From the NCBI GenBank assembly GCA_023666665.1, contig JAMPBN010000001.1, forward strand, positions 521,642 to 585,641: DNA of 64,000 nt, in the 5' to 3' direction. Shown here one piece after another: positions 1 to 9,610 of the stretch. Below the pieces are notes generated by a model, which saw only the letters and a list, made by a program, of their open reading frames with translations, was not told where the DNA came from and did no database searches. The stretch is from Prevotella sp. (lineage in GTDB: Bacteria > Bacteroidota > Bacteroidia > Bacteroidales > Muribaculaceae). A program made the translations under genes and the position numbers. Each line of letters opens with the position of its first letter. Position 1 is the stretch's first letter.

Positions 1-787
1 AGCCATAGAATTTCTCGCGGATTTCAGCGTTGGGCACTATGGCGTAGGAGCTTACAATGCCGGCGATGTTGAAAGTTTTGGATGGTGCCTGAAAGGTTAT
101 GGAGTTTTGGGCAGCCGTTTCTGAAACCGAGGCAAAGGGGATGTGTTTTTTGCCCCAAAGCGCCATATCGCAATGAATCTCGTCGGAGATGACCAGGATG
201 CCTCGTTCGGCACAGAAGTTGGCAAGACGTTCAAGGGTTTCGCGGGGCCAGACAATGCCTGCGGGGTTGTGGGGGTTGCAGAGAATCAGCAACCGGCACT
301 TATTGTCAACCACCTTTTCGAGGTTCTCAAAGTCCATTTCATACGTGCCGTCTTCGTGTTCCTTGAGCGGGTTGTAGACCACTTCGCGGCGGTTGTCCAG
401 CGGCACGAGACGGAAGGGGTGATAGACCGGCGGCTGGATTATGACCTTCTCATCGGACTTTACGAACACGTTGATAGCCATGCCGATGCCCTTGACTATG
501 CCGGGAATATACGTGAGCCATTCGGGCTCGACTTTCCAACCGTGGCGTTTGTTAACCCAGTCAATGAGGCAGCTGCGATAGTCGGCATTTTCAGCCGTGT
601 AGCCGAAAATCGGGTGTTCGAGGCGCTGTTTCATTGCTTCGACCACGAAGTCGGGGGTTGCGAAACTATTGTCGGCTATCCAGAAGGGCATAATGTCCGT
701 GGCACCAAAATATTGCTCCAGGCGCTCTATGGCCATGGCATCGGTGCCTTCGCGTGAGATAATGCGGTCAAATTCGCAAGGGGTCAT
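1..787 (-). CDS. patB: PatB/MalY-family PLP-dependent C-S lyase (cystathionine beta-lyase-like aminotransferase). The 5' part of the gene lies in the window; the 3' end runs off the window start.
   Basis: Reverse-complement translation from the ATG at 785-787 gives MTPCEFDRIISREGTDAMAIERLEQYFG...IQPPVYHPF...LCNPHNPAG...SDEIHCDMALWGKKHIPFAS...APSKTFNIAG. This matches PatB/MalY over more than 250 aa. The ATG overlaps the stop of the upstream gene (ATGA). The + strand ORF 143..757 is its antisense shadow. Confidence 0.85.
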   Translation of the reverse strand, partial: MTPCEFDRIISREGTDAMAIERLEQYFGATDIMPFWIADNSFATPDFVVEAMKQRLEHPIFGYTAENADYRSCLIDWVNKRHGWKVEPEWLTYIPGIVKGIGMAINVFVKSDEKVIIQPPVYHPFRLVPLDNRREVVYNPLKEHEDGTYEMDFENLEKVVDNKCRLLILCNPHNPAGIVWPRETLERLANFCAERGILVISDEIHCDMALWGKKHIPFASVSETAAQNSITFQAPSKTFNIAGIVSSYAIVPNAEIREKFYG

Positions 788-2220
788 TGGCGTTGCTGGC
801 GTGAGAATGTGAGAGTGATTTTGGCTTCGTCGGGTAGCAGTTCGGTCATTGAGGGCATTGCCACCATTGGCGACATACCGCTCAGAGTTGACGACGATGA
901 GGCGTAATATGACGAGTTGCTTTCGTAGACCATCGACACCGGGGTGATGGTAAATGTATAATCGGCGGCGGTGAGCGCATCGCCTTTGGCACGCATCTCC
1001 ATAACGTAGTCGCGCAGGTTGCCAAAGTCGTAAGTCATCGTGTTGGCGTTGTATTGCGCAACGAATGAGGTCACGTCGTCGGGCAGCTTGTTGGCGGCAA
1101 AGAATTTGTCCTTGTCCTTGCTGAGCACCATCAGCAGATAGTCGGCGGGCTTGATGCCGCAGCCGTTGGCAATGGAGTCGCAGGGTACGGAGAACGTCAG
1201 CGTGTTGATTACCGCCATAGTTTTGGCGGTGGCTTCGTCGTAGGCTTTCAGCACGTTGACAATGGGGAACGCCATTTCAACGTCGCGCCCGGCGGGGCTG
1301 ACGATTATGGCGCGTCCGGCATTGGCGAGGTCAGTGAGCGACTGCGCCATTTTCAGGTGAATGTTGGTGTTGCTGACTACTTCCGGAGCCGTGGCGAGGT
1401 AATAGGAATAGAGGTGGCGAATGGAGTCAACCATCACGCCCTCGGAGTTTTCGAGCATCTCGCGTTTGGAGTAATACATCATCAGGCGGGTGTCGGTGAT
1501 GCGGGTTACGCGGCCGGAACCGAATGTTGCCTTGACGTAAATGCCGGGGAAGAGTTGGGTGGCAAATTCTTCGGGGTTGTTGAAGAGAGAGCGCGTTGCC
1601 GGATTGCGGTAGGCATCGTAGATTTTCTGTCCGAATTCCAGAGGAATGGTTGCGTAGGCAAAGCGATATGCCGAGCCGCCCGAGGCATCGGAAATGGCGG
1701 AGCCGGAGGCGGTAAACATGCCGATGCCGTGACAGTCGGTATTGGTGAAGCCGCTGCTTTTGTAGAACGGCGTGTTTTCAAACCTCGTGCCGGCGGGGAA
1801 GTTGCTGTAGATGGGGTAGGGCAGGGTGTCCGTCAGGGGGAATACCTCGAAGCCGATGGGGGCGAGAGAGTCGCCAACAAAGCCGCCCTTGTCAAACACC
1901 AGCTGTACCTTGACGGAGTCGAGCGTCACGCCGGTGGTGTCGATTGAGATGGAGGGGAAAAGCTGGGCCACGAAGTCAGCGCGCAGGGTGCCGTAGGTCG
2001 GAGCGTCGATGGCTCCGAGCAGCTGGGTGGTGGTGCGCGATTGAACGCGGGGATTTTCAATCGAGCGGGCGTGGAGCTTGAAAGTGTCGGCAATGACCAC
2101 TTCAAATTGGTCGGTGACGAGGGCGCTTCCGGGCATATCAAGGGAGTCGGCGTTGTCGCAGGCCGAAAAGCCTGCCATGGCCATAATTCCTGACGCTAAT
2201 ATCAGCGGTAGTTGTTTCAT
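784..2220 (-). CDS. DUF4270-like lipoprotein. This family is typically encoded beside the short glycogen synthase in Bacteroidales.
   Basis: Signal peptide plus lipobox (MKQLPLILASGIMAMAGFSACDN). The protein is 478 aa and sits immediately downstream of, and overlapping, the glgA-like gene. The family name comes from recalled synteny, not a domain search. Confidence 0.55.
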   Translation of the reverse strand: MKQLPLILASGIMAMAGFSACDNADSLDMPGSALVTDQFEVVIADTFKLHARSIENPRVQSRTTTQLLGAIDAPTYGTLRADFVAQLFPSISIDTTGVTLDSVKVQLVFDKGGFVGDSLAPIGFEVFPLTDTLPYPIYSNFPAGTRFENTPFYKSSGFTNTDCHGIGMFTASGSAISDASGGSAYRFAYATIPLEFGQKIYDAYRNPATRSLFNNPEEFATQLFPGIYVKATFGSGRVTRITDTRLMMYYSKREMLENSEGVMVDSIRHLYSYYLATAPEVVSNTNIHLKMAQSLTDLANAGRAIIVSPAGRDVEMAFPIVNVLKAYDEATAKTMAVINTLTFSVPCDSIANGCGIKPADYLLMVLSKDKDKFFAANKLPDDVTSFVAQYNANTMTYDFGNLRDYVMEMRAKGDALTAADYTFTITPVSMVYESNSSYYASSSSTLSGMSPMVAMPSMTELLPDEAKITLTFSRQQRQ

Positions 2221-3047
2221 TTCTCAGGGTTGAGTATTGTGTCGTAGAACGCAGTGAGGGCTGCGGCGTTTTCGTCGAAGTCGCCCGGATATTCGAGCAG
2301 CGGCTTGCCGGTTTGGCGGGCATATTCGAGCAGCTCGGGGTCAATGTCGGGCTGACCCACGATGATTGCGTCGGCGTGGTCCATGGCCAGGCGCGACAGC
2401 GTTGAGTAGTTGATGTCTTTGTTCTTTATCGAGCCGAGAAAGCGGTCGGTGATGCCGTCGGTGCGAAGCTGCTTGTAGGTGCGGGGGTTAAACGGCTCGG
2501 AGGGGGCGTTGTCGGCATTCGTCAGGGTGTAGACGATTTTGGCCTTGCGGAAAACCGGGTCGTCGTTGTACACGCGCTTGAGGTATGCCGGGGTCATGGC
2601 CGTGAGCCAGCCTGTGCAGTTGATAATGACGGGATCCCAGCGTAACTTTTTGACTGTCTCGGCAACGCCGCGCACAAAGAATGTCGTGCGCTCGCCGTTT
2701 TCGTGGGCGTGGCTCACGGTCTCGAGTTCGGGCGAAGGGTGGCGCTGGAAGTAGTCGTCGTTGTCAATGAAATACACCTGCATACGGGTGGATTGCATCG
2801 TGGCAACTTTGATAATGAGCGGATGGTCGGTGTCGTCAATGACAATGTTCATGCCGCTGAGGCGAATCACCTCGTGGAGCTGGTTGCGGCGCTCGTTGAT
2901 GTTGCCGTATTTGGGCAGGAAAAGGCGCACTTCGTAGCCTGCTTCCTGGGCTTTGCGGGGCAAGAGAGTGGAGAGCGTAGCCAAGGGCGACGCGGGCAGG
3001 TAAGGGACGGCTTCCTGCGAGATGAATAGCATTTTGGGTTGGGCCAT
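2217..3047 (-). CDS. glgA: Glycogen synthase family protein, Bacteroidetes short form.
   Basis: Sequence ...MLFISQEAVPYLPASPLATL...EVRLFLPKYGNINERRNQLHEVIRLSGMNIVIDDTDHPL... with a short ~275-aa architecture. The ATG at 3047 (MAQPKMLFIS) is preferred over the upstream ORF-track start at 3080. The stop overlaps the DUF4270 start. Confidence 0.7.
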   Translation of the reverse strand: MAQPKMLFISQEAVPYLPASPLATLSTLLPRKAQEAGYEVRLFLPKYGNINERRNQLHEVIRLSGMNIVIDDTDHPLIIKVATMQSTRMQVYFIDNDDYFQRHPSPELETVSHAHENGERTTFFVRGVAETVKKLRWDPVIINCTGWLTAMTPAYLKRVYNDDPVFRKAKIVYTLTNADNAPSEPFNPRTYKQLRTDGITDRFLGSIKNKDINYSTLSRLAMDHADAIIVGQPDIDPELLEYARQTGKPLLEYPGDFDENAAALTAFYDTILNPEK

Positions 3048-3125
3048 ATAGCTTCGCGTAGTCAAAAAGTTAGACTGCAAATTTACGAAAAAAATCCCGA
3101 AAATGCAAACTCACCCTTTCGGGCG

Positions 3126-3854
3126 CTATGCAAAGCCGAGTTTTTCGGCGTTGATGTGGTGCCAAATGGCGGCGGGTATTATCCGCCAGCCGAGATACAG
3201 CAAATGCCAGCGCCAATCAATGTAAGCAACTTTTTTGCGTCGCGAAATTGCCCGCACAATCAGCCGCGAGGCATAGTCGGGGTCCATCAGCAGAGGGTAT
3301 TTCTTGCCGGGTTTGAGCAGCGGGGTGCGCGTCCATCCGGGGCGGATGTCGGTGATGCTTATCGGAGTACGTGAGGTGGCGGCTCTTTGGCGCAGACCCT
3401 CAAGATATGTCCAGTCAAAACGCTTGGACGCGGAATATGCCTCCATCGGCGTGGTGCCGCGAGTGCCGGCAATGGAGCTGATTGCCGCAATCTGACCGTG
3501 AGGGTTGTTGGCGACAAACCAGTTGTAGGCGGAGCTTACCATACGCGCAAAACCCACGCAGTTGGTCTGCGCGATAGCGGCCTCGCGGTCGGGGTCGAGG
3601 GCAGGGTCGTCGTAACCGATGCCGGCAACGTGGATATACAAATCCATGCCGCCAAGCCGCTCAATCTGCGCCAGCAACTGCTCCGGTGCATCAGCCGAGG
3701 TTACATCAATCGAAGCCCACTGCCCACTGCCCACTGTCCACTGTCCACTTGGCTTGCGCCGAGCGGCGCAAGCCACCTTATGGCCTGCTGCTAAATAAAG
3801 AGAGGCGAGCTTCGCGCCTAAGCCGGAGCTCGCCCCCATAATCAGTATTTTCAT
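3126..3854 (-). CDS. Short-chain dehydrogenase/reductase (SDR) family oxidoreductase.
   Basis: Rossmann motif MKILIMGASSGLGAKLA, an IAGTRGTTPMEAYSASK (YxxxK) catalytic region, and a PGWTRTPL C-terminal motif. It contains an unusual internal heptamer repeat (see findings). Confidence 0.8.
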   Translation of the reverse strand: MKILIMGASSGLGAKLASLYLAAGHKVACAARRKPSGQWTVGSGQWASIDVTSADAPEQLLAQIERLGGMDLYIHVAGIGYDDPALDPDREAAIAQTNCVGFARMVSSAYNWFVANNPHGQIAAISSIAGTRGTTPMEAYSASKRFDWTYLEGLRQRAATSRTPISITDIRPGWTRTPLLKPGKKYPLLMDPDYASRLIVRAISRRKKVAYIDWRWHLLYLGWRIIPAAIWHHINAEKLGFA

Positions 3855-4409
3855 TTATTTGCCGAAGTAGCGCTGGTAGAGACCGTGGAAGCCGCGACCG
3901 TGGCGAGCTTCGTCCTTGGCCATTTCGTGAACGGTGTCGTGAATGGCATCGAGGTTCATCTTCTTGGCGTTGGCGGCAATGCGCATCTTGTCGGCATTTG
4001 CGCCGGCTTCTGCGTGCATACGCTTTTCGAGGTTGGTCTTGGTGTCCCAAACAACGTCGCCGAGCAGTTCGGCAAACTTGGCAGCGTGTTCAGCTTCCTC
4101 GAAAGCGTAGCGCTTGAATGCCTCGGCAATTTCGCTGTAGCCCTCGCGGTCGGCCTGACGGCTCATTGCGAGATACATACCCACCTCGGTACATTCGCCC
4201 AGGAAGTGATTGTTGAGGTCTTTGATCATTTCCTCGTCAGCGCCATCCTTGGCAATGCCGATAACGTGTTCGGTTACGAAGTTCAGAGGGTCAGACTCTT
4301 TAACTTCTTCGAATTTTGACTTGGGAGCGCCGCAGAGGGGGCACTTTTCGGGAGCTTCGTCACCTTCGTGGATGTAACCACAAACGGTGCAGATAAATTT
4401 TTTCTTCAT
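3855..4409 (-). CDS. rbr: Reverse rubrerythrin, with an N-terminal rubredoxin-like CxxC...CxxC domain and a C-terminal ferritin-like diiron domain.
   Basis: [24 protein letters not shown] at the N-terminus. ExxH motifs ([23 protein letters not shown]) in the C-terminal half. Confidence 0.85.
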   Translation of the reverse strand: MKKKFICTVCGYIHEGDEAPEKCPLCGAPKSKFEEVKESDPLNFVTEHVIGIAKDGADEEMIKDLNNHFLGECTEVGMYLAMSRQADREGYSEIAEAFKRYAFEEAEHAAKFAELLGDVVWDTKTNLEKRMHAEAGANADKMRIAANAKKMNLDAIHDTVHEMAKDEARHGRGFHGLYQRYFGK

Positions 4410-4466
4410 TTGGTTATTCGGTTAAAAAAGTTCTATTATTTAAAACGTTTATTTCTGTTTAAAAGT

Positions 4467-4841
4467 TTATTTTGCGGCGATGACTTCGACTTCGAGGAGC
4501 ACCTGCTTGGGGAGTTCCTTGACGGCTACGGCAGAGCGGGCGGGGTAGGGAGCGGAGAATGCCTCGGCATATACCTCGTTCATCGGCACGAACAGACTCA
4601 TATCTGCGAGAAACACGGTGGTTTTAACCACGTTGTCCATGGTCAGACCGGCTGCGGCGAGTACGGCCTTGACGTTTGCCATGCTCTGGCGGGCCTGGGC
4701 GGTAATGCCTTCGGGAATTTCGCCGGTTGCGGGATTTACGGGAATCTGACCCGATACGAATACGAACTGTCCGGCATCAATTGCCTGGCTATAAGGGCCG
4801 ATAGCGCCCGGAGCGTTGGTTGTTGCGATTACTTGTTTCAT
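4467..4841 (-). CDS. ridA: RidA/YjgF family reactive-intermediate (enamine/imine) deaminase.
   Basis: 124 aa with MKQVIATTNAPGAIGPYSQAI...FVSGQIP...PARSAVAVKELP, a typical RidA signature. Confidence 0.85.
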   Translation of the reverse strand: MKQVIATTNAPGAIGPYSQAIDAGQFVFVSGQIPVNPATGEIPEGITAQARQSMANVKAVLAAAGLTMDNVVKTTVFLADMSLFVPMNEVYAEAFSAPYPARSAVAVKELPKQVLLEVEVIAAK

Positions 4842-4843
4842 TT

Positions 4844-6185
4844 TTAGTTGGTTATGATATGGTTTAGGTTTGTTGAGCCGAGTGATTTAAGCGGCAGGGA
4901 GCCGAGCGGTTGTGTCGATGCTGCAAGCGATGCGTCGTCGGCAGCGTTGAGAGCGTCGGCCAATGATTTAAAATCGGTGTTAAATTCAGGAATGAAATCA
5001 GTCGTGCCGTGGTCGCGAAAAGTGTCAACGGCCTCGCCTACGGTCATCTGCGCGAGGTCGCGGGCGGGCTGATAGCAAACTATGCCCTTGCGGTTGGCCG
5101 GGGATACGCGGATAATCAAGTGCATATCCTCCATTTCGGCAAGAAGAATCTGAACCAAACGGAGCGGCACACCAAACGACCGCTCAAAATCGGTGGCCGA
5201 CAACGGAGCTTTTCCGCCAATGTAGCGCTGCACCATTACGGCCAGCAAACCCACGCCGATGCGGCGGCGATAGTTGAACGATATGCCGTAGATGTTTTCG
5301 TCGAGCGCATAGTCCGAGATGCTTTGCGCCGAGTAGCAGAGTAGCGCGCCGGTCAGGGTGAAGAGCCACACTAACTGAAGCCATATCAGCAGCAACGGCA
5401 GGAATGCAAAGCCGCCATATATGGCGTTGTATTTGCTCACGTATAGTTGCCCGCTGACAAAGAGCCATTGTAGCACCTGATATGCCACTCCGGCAAGTAT
5501 GCCCGCCGGAAGCGCGTTTTTGAATTTTACCTTGGTGTTGGGTACGAGCATATACAGCCCGGTGAAAAACAACCAGATGAAGACTACCGAAGCAATGTCA
5601 AGCCCGGCGGTGAGTAGTGGGGTCATAAAGGGCAGATAGTCTTCAACGCTCGCTTGCATGAACGCCGTGAGGCCGGAACCGCACACCATCAGAATCGGCA
5701 GGATGATGAATATGGCGGTGTAGTCGGTGATTTTGCGCCACATTGTGCGCCCCGACTTGATACACCAAATGCGGTTGAATGCATCTTCAACGGAGCTGAT
5801 TAAGGAAATCAACGTCCACAGCAGCACCACGATGCCCACGCCGACAAACAGCCCCTCGGAAGCCTGGGCCAGGTAGCTGTCAACAAACTGCATGGCAACC
5901 TCCAGGGCATGGCGCTGCGAGGGAAAGTAGCTGATTAGCTGGCTGCTGAGAATATTTTGGAAGCCGAAGCCGCGCCCTATGGCAAAAAGCAACGCCAGGG
6001 CCGGCACTATGGCCAACAGCAGGCGGTATGTCAGCGCGCAGGCTGTTGACTGCAGGTCAGCGCTGAGAAAAGACTTGACCGTCAGGTTGATAGTCTTCAC
6101 AATCCGCACCCAAAGAGAATTACGGCGGTCGTGCCACACCCCCTTGAGGGCGTAGTTCCACGCACTGACGGCTTTACGTTTCATT
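4844..6185 (-). CDS. YihY/BrkB (virulence factor BrkB / RNase BN-like) family inner membrane protein.
   Basis: Multi-pass membrane protein with ...LTYRLLLAIVPALALLFAIG...GVGIVVLLWTLISLISSVEDAFNRIW..., characteristic of YihY. The start was chosen at MKRKAVSAW (6185). The ORF track extends to 6238, which would overlap mfd. Confidence 0.75.
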
Positions 6186-6293
6186 GCAATGAATCTTGCA
6201 GTCATTTTCACCCCGCAAAAGTATAAAAAAACTCCCAACTCCCCAAATTTATTTCTCCGCGGTTCGGAAATTTGTTGTACCTTTGCGCCGTTT

Positions 6294-9200
6294 ATGATTC
6301 AACTACCTGAAGACAAGGGGCGACAAAAGGCCCTGAGGGCAGCGTTGAGCGAAGCCCGTACAGTGTCGGTCTACGGTCTGGCAGGTTCTGCCGCCGCCAT
6401 GATGCTGGCTCAAACCGGACGCAAGCGCCCGATGATTGTTGTTGCTGACTCGCTCGATGATGCCGGTTATCTCTATCACGACCTGACGCGTCTTTGTGGC
6501 GACGATGCCGTGGCTTTTCTCCCATCCGGCTATAAGCGCCACATTAAATATGGCCAGACCGATGCCCCATCGCAGATTCTTCGCAATGAAGCAACCTCGC
6601 GGCTCTACGCCCCTGACACCACACTGCGCTTTTTGGTTACCTATCCCGAGGCTATGGCTGAAAAAGTGGCCTCACCGGGCGATATGTCCTCACATACCCT
6701 CCATATTGCCGTGGGAGAGAAGCTGAATCTGACCGAAACCCTCAAGTGGCTGCGCGAAAACGGCTTTACCGAAGAAGACTACGTCTACGAACCCGGCCAT
6801 TTTGGCGTGCGCGGTTCGATTCTCGACATCTACGGATATTCCAATGAGTTGCCCTTCCGCATTGACCTCTTTGGCAACGATGTTGACTCCATCCGCCTTT
6901 TCAATGTCGAGACGCAACTTTCGGAACAGAAACTTGATGCCATAGACATCACTGCCAACGTTGCCGACCAATCGGCCGGAGGCTCTCTGCTCGACTTCAT
7001 AGACCCCGCAACGGTCATTGCCGTGCGCGACGACGTGGAGTTCCTCCTTTCTCGGGTTCGCGCCGTTGGCGAGGAAAAATTCTCCGCCTCGGCAGCTCTT
7101 GCCGACGAGGGCGATGCCAACGCCATGAAGCAGGTAATCGACACCGAGGCATTCTGCGCCAAGGTCGCCGCGATGCGTACCCTCATCTACTCCGACTCCG
7201 ACCATAGTGCCGCCGGATGCCGCGCCTCGCTCAACTTCAACTGTTCCCCCCAGGGAATCTATCACAAGAATTTTGACCTCATCGGCTCGGAACTTTCCAG
7301 GCTGCAAAGCGAGGGCTACACCATATATATACTGTCTGACTCCGCCAAGCAACACGAGCGCCTGCGCTCCATTTTTGCCGAGCGCGGCGACAAGGTGAAG
7401 TTCACGCCGATAATCGGGACACTGCACGCCGGCTTCGTTGACCACAACACCCGCTCGTGCATCTTTACCGACCATCAGATTTTTGACCGTTTCCATAAAT
7501 ATTCGCTCAAGAGCGAGCGCGCCCGCTCCGGCAAACTCGCCCTCTCGCTCAAGGAACTCAGCGCCATAGAGCCGGGCGATTACATCGTGCACGCCGACCA
7601 CGGCGTTGGCCGCTTTGCCGGACTCGTGCGCTCGGCGGGCATCAATGGGCGCATGCAGGAAATGATTAAGCTCACCTACCTCAACGGCGATACCATTTTC
7701 GTGTCGCTCCACTCCCTGCATAAGCTCAGCAAGTATAGAGGAAAAGAGGGTGATGAGCCGCGCATCAACAAACTCGGCTCCGGAGCCTGGAACAAGCTCA
7801 AGGAACGTACCAAGTCGAAGCTCAAAGACATTGCCCGCGACCTGATTTCACTCTATTCCCGCCGCCGCCAGGAGCAGGGCTTCGAGTTCCCGCCCGATGA
7901 CTATATGCAACACGAACTCGAAGCGAGCTTTATCTATGAAGATACCCCCGACCAGCTTACGGCTACCCAGGCCGTTAAGGCGGATATGGAGTCGCCGCGG
8001 CCTATGGATCGTCTGATTTGCGGCGACGTAGGGTTTGGCAAGACGGAAATCGCGATGCGTGCGGCGTTCAAAGCCGCTATTGCCGGAAAGCAGACTGCCG
8101 TACTCGTTCCGACTACGGTTTTGGCTTATCAACATTTCCGCACGTTTACCGAACGGTTTAAAGACTTCCCGGTGCGCGTTGACTACCTGTCGCGCGCCCG
8201 CTCCCCCAAGCAGGTTAAAGAGATTCTCGCCGCCCTCGAAGATGGTAAAATCGACGTGATTATCGGCACTCATAAACTCATCGGCAAGTCGGTGAAATTC
8301 CACGACCTCGGTCTGCTCGTTATTGACGAGGAACAGAAATTCGGCGTGGCCGTAAAAGAAAAGCTCAAGGAGCTGAAAGTGAATGTCGACACTCTGACTA
8401 TGAGTGCCACCCCCATACCGCGAACTCTGCAATTTTCGCTTATGGGAGCTCGCGATCTCAGCGCCATAACCACTCCACCGCCAAACCGCCATCCTATTGC
8501 TACTCAGGTGCTGACTATGACCGACGAACTCCTTGCCGAAGCCCTGAATTTTGAGTTGAGTCGCGGCGGTCAGGTGTTTATTATCAACAACCGCATAGAG
8601 GGACTTTATGATTTGGAAAACATCGTGCGTCGCCTCGTGCCGGATGCACGCACGGTAGTGGCCCACGGTCAGATGCCCCCCGAAAAACTGGAGAAGGCAA
8701 TTCTTGACTTCACGGCCCGCGATTACGACGTTCTCATTGCTACGACCATCGTTGAGAGCGGCATAGATATGCCCAACGTCAACACGATGATAATTTATAA
8801 TGCTCAGAATTTCGGACTGTCGGAGCTGCATCAGCTGCGCGGGCGCGTGGGCCGCAGTTCGCGTAAGGCATTCTGCTATCTTGCCGTTCCGGCCGGAGCG
8901 CCGGTGTCGCCCGTGGCGCGTCGTCGCCTGCAGGCCATCGAGAGTTTTTCCGACCTCGGCAGCGGCATCCATATTGCCATGCAAGACCTCGACATACGCG
9001 GCGCGGGCAATCTGTTGGGCGCCGAGCAGAGCGGCTTTATTGCCGACCTCGGCTACGAAACCTACCAGCGCATCCTTCAGGAAGCAGTAACGGAGCTGCG
9101 CACCGAGGAGTTTGCTGAAACTTTCGCCGACCAGGACGAGGCCAATCAGGACTTTGTGGCCGACTGCACCATTGAATCGGATATGGAGCTGCTGCTCCCC

Positions 9201-9608
9201 GCCGACTACGTGCCGCAAGACTCCGAGCGTATTGCGCTCTATCGCGAACTCGACGGCATTGACCGCGAACTCGACCTGCGGGCATTCAGCGAGCGCCTTG
9301 AAGACCGCTTTGGCCGCATTCCGCGCCCGGCGGCTGAACTGCTGCGCGTGCCCCGCTTGCGTCGCCTTGCCCGCAAGTTGGGCATCGAGAAAGTGTCGCT
9401 CAAGCAGGGCAAGATGTTCCTGTTCTTTGTCGGCTCTGAAAACGTTGCTTACTACCAGAGTCCGATGTTTGGCAAAATCATTGAGTATGTAACCGCGAAT
9501 CCCCGCGACTGTCAGTTCCGCGAACGCGACGGCCGCCGCTCCATCGTCATTGCCAACGTCGACTCCGTAGAACACGCAACCGGCATCCTCGCAACGATTT
9601 TGTCCTGA
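6294..9608 (+). CDS. mfd: Transcription-repair coupling factor Mfd.
   Basis: About 1100 aa with helicase motifs GDVGFGKTEIAMRAAF, DEEQKFGV, TLTMSATPIPRTL and QLRGRVGRS. The start was moved to the ATG at 6294 (MIQLPEDKG). The ORF-track start at 6189 is a TTG. Confidence 0.95.
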   Translation: MIQLPEDKGRQKALRAALSEARTVSVYGLAGSAAAMMLAQTGRKRPMIVVADSLDDAGYLYHDLTRLCGDDAVAFLPSGYKRHIKYGQTDAPSQILRNEATSRLYAPDTTLRFLVTYPEAMAEKVASPGDMSSHTLHIAVGEKLNLTETLKWLRENGFTEEDYVYEPGHFGVRGSILDIYGYSNELPFRIDLFGNDVDSIRLFNVETQLSEQKLDAIDITANVADQSAGGSLLDFIDPATVIAVRDDVEFLLSRVRAVGEEKFSASAALADEGDANAMKQVIDTEAFCAKVAAMRTLIYSDSDHSAAGCRASLNFNCSPQGIYHKNFDLIGSELSRLQSEGYTIYILSDSAKQHERLRSIFAERGDKVKFTPIIGTLHAGFVDHNTRSCIFTDHQIFDRFHKYSLKSERARSGKLALSLKELSAIEPGDYIVHADHGVGRFAGLVRSAGINGRMQEMIKLTYLNGDTIFVSLHSLHKLSKYRGKEGDEPRINKLGSGAWNKLKERTKSKLKDIARDLISLYSRRRQEQGFEFPPDDYMQHELEASFIYEDTPDQLTATQAVKADMESPRPMDRLICGDVGFGKTEIAMRAAFKAAIAGKQTAVLVPTTVLAYQHFRTFTERFKDFPVRVDYLSRARSPKQVKEILAALEDGKIDVIIGTHKLIGKSVKFHDLGLLVIDEEQKFGVAVKEKLKELKVNVDTLTMSATPIPRTLQFSLMGARDLSAITTPPPNRHPIATQVLTMTDELLAEALNFELSRGGQVFIINNRIEGLYDLENIVRRLVPDARTVVAHGQMPPEKLEKAILDFTARDYDVLIATTIVESGIDMPNVNTMIIYNAQNFGLSELHQLRGRVGRSSRKAFCYLAVPAGAPVSPVARRRLQAIESFSDLGSGIHIAMQDLDIRGAGNLLGAEQSGFIADLGYETYQRILQEAVTELRTEEFAETFADQDEANQDFVADCTIESDMELLLPADYVPQDSERIALYRELDGIDRELDLRAFSERLEDRFGRIPRPAAELLRVPRLRRLARKLGIEKVSLKQGKMFLFFVGSENVAYYQSPMFGKIIEYVTANPRDCQFRERDGRRSIVIANVDSVEHATGILATILS

Positions 9609-9610
9609 AG

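Noticed and set aside
143-757. 204-aa + strand ORF at the window start.
   Set aside because: It lies antisense to a clearly recognisable PatB/MalY-family C-S lyase gene on the minus strand. It has no recognisable motifs and is a typical shadow ORF.
1357-1947. 196-aa + ORF plus several 60-110-aa ORFs in other frames.
   Set aside because: They overlap the DUF4270 and glgA coding regions in alternate frames. Gly/Ala/Arg-rich translations are characteristic of out-of-frame reading of GC-rich sequence.
6189-6293. Upstream 35-codon extension of mfd (TTG start) and extension of the YihY gene to 6238.
   Set aside because: The two extensions would overlap each other divergently. ATG starts at 6294 (mfd) and 6185 (YihY) leave a ~110-bp divergent promoter region containing a TACCTTTG box.
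7848-9575. 575-aa minus-strand ORF (and a 343-aa ORF at 6690-7721) inside mfd.
   Set aside because: Both are fully antisense to mfd, which has unambiguous helicase motifs. The long open frames come from GC-rich codon bias and carry no domain signature.
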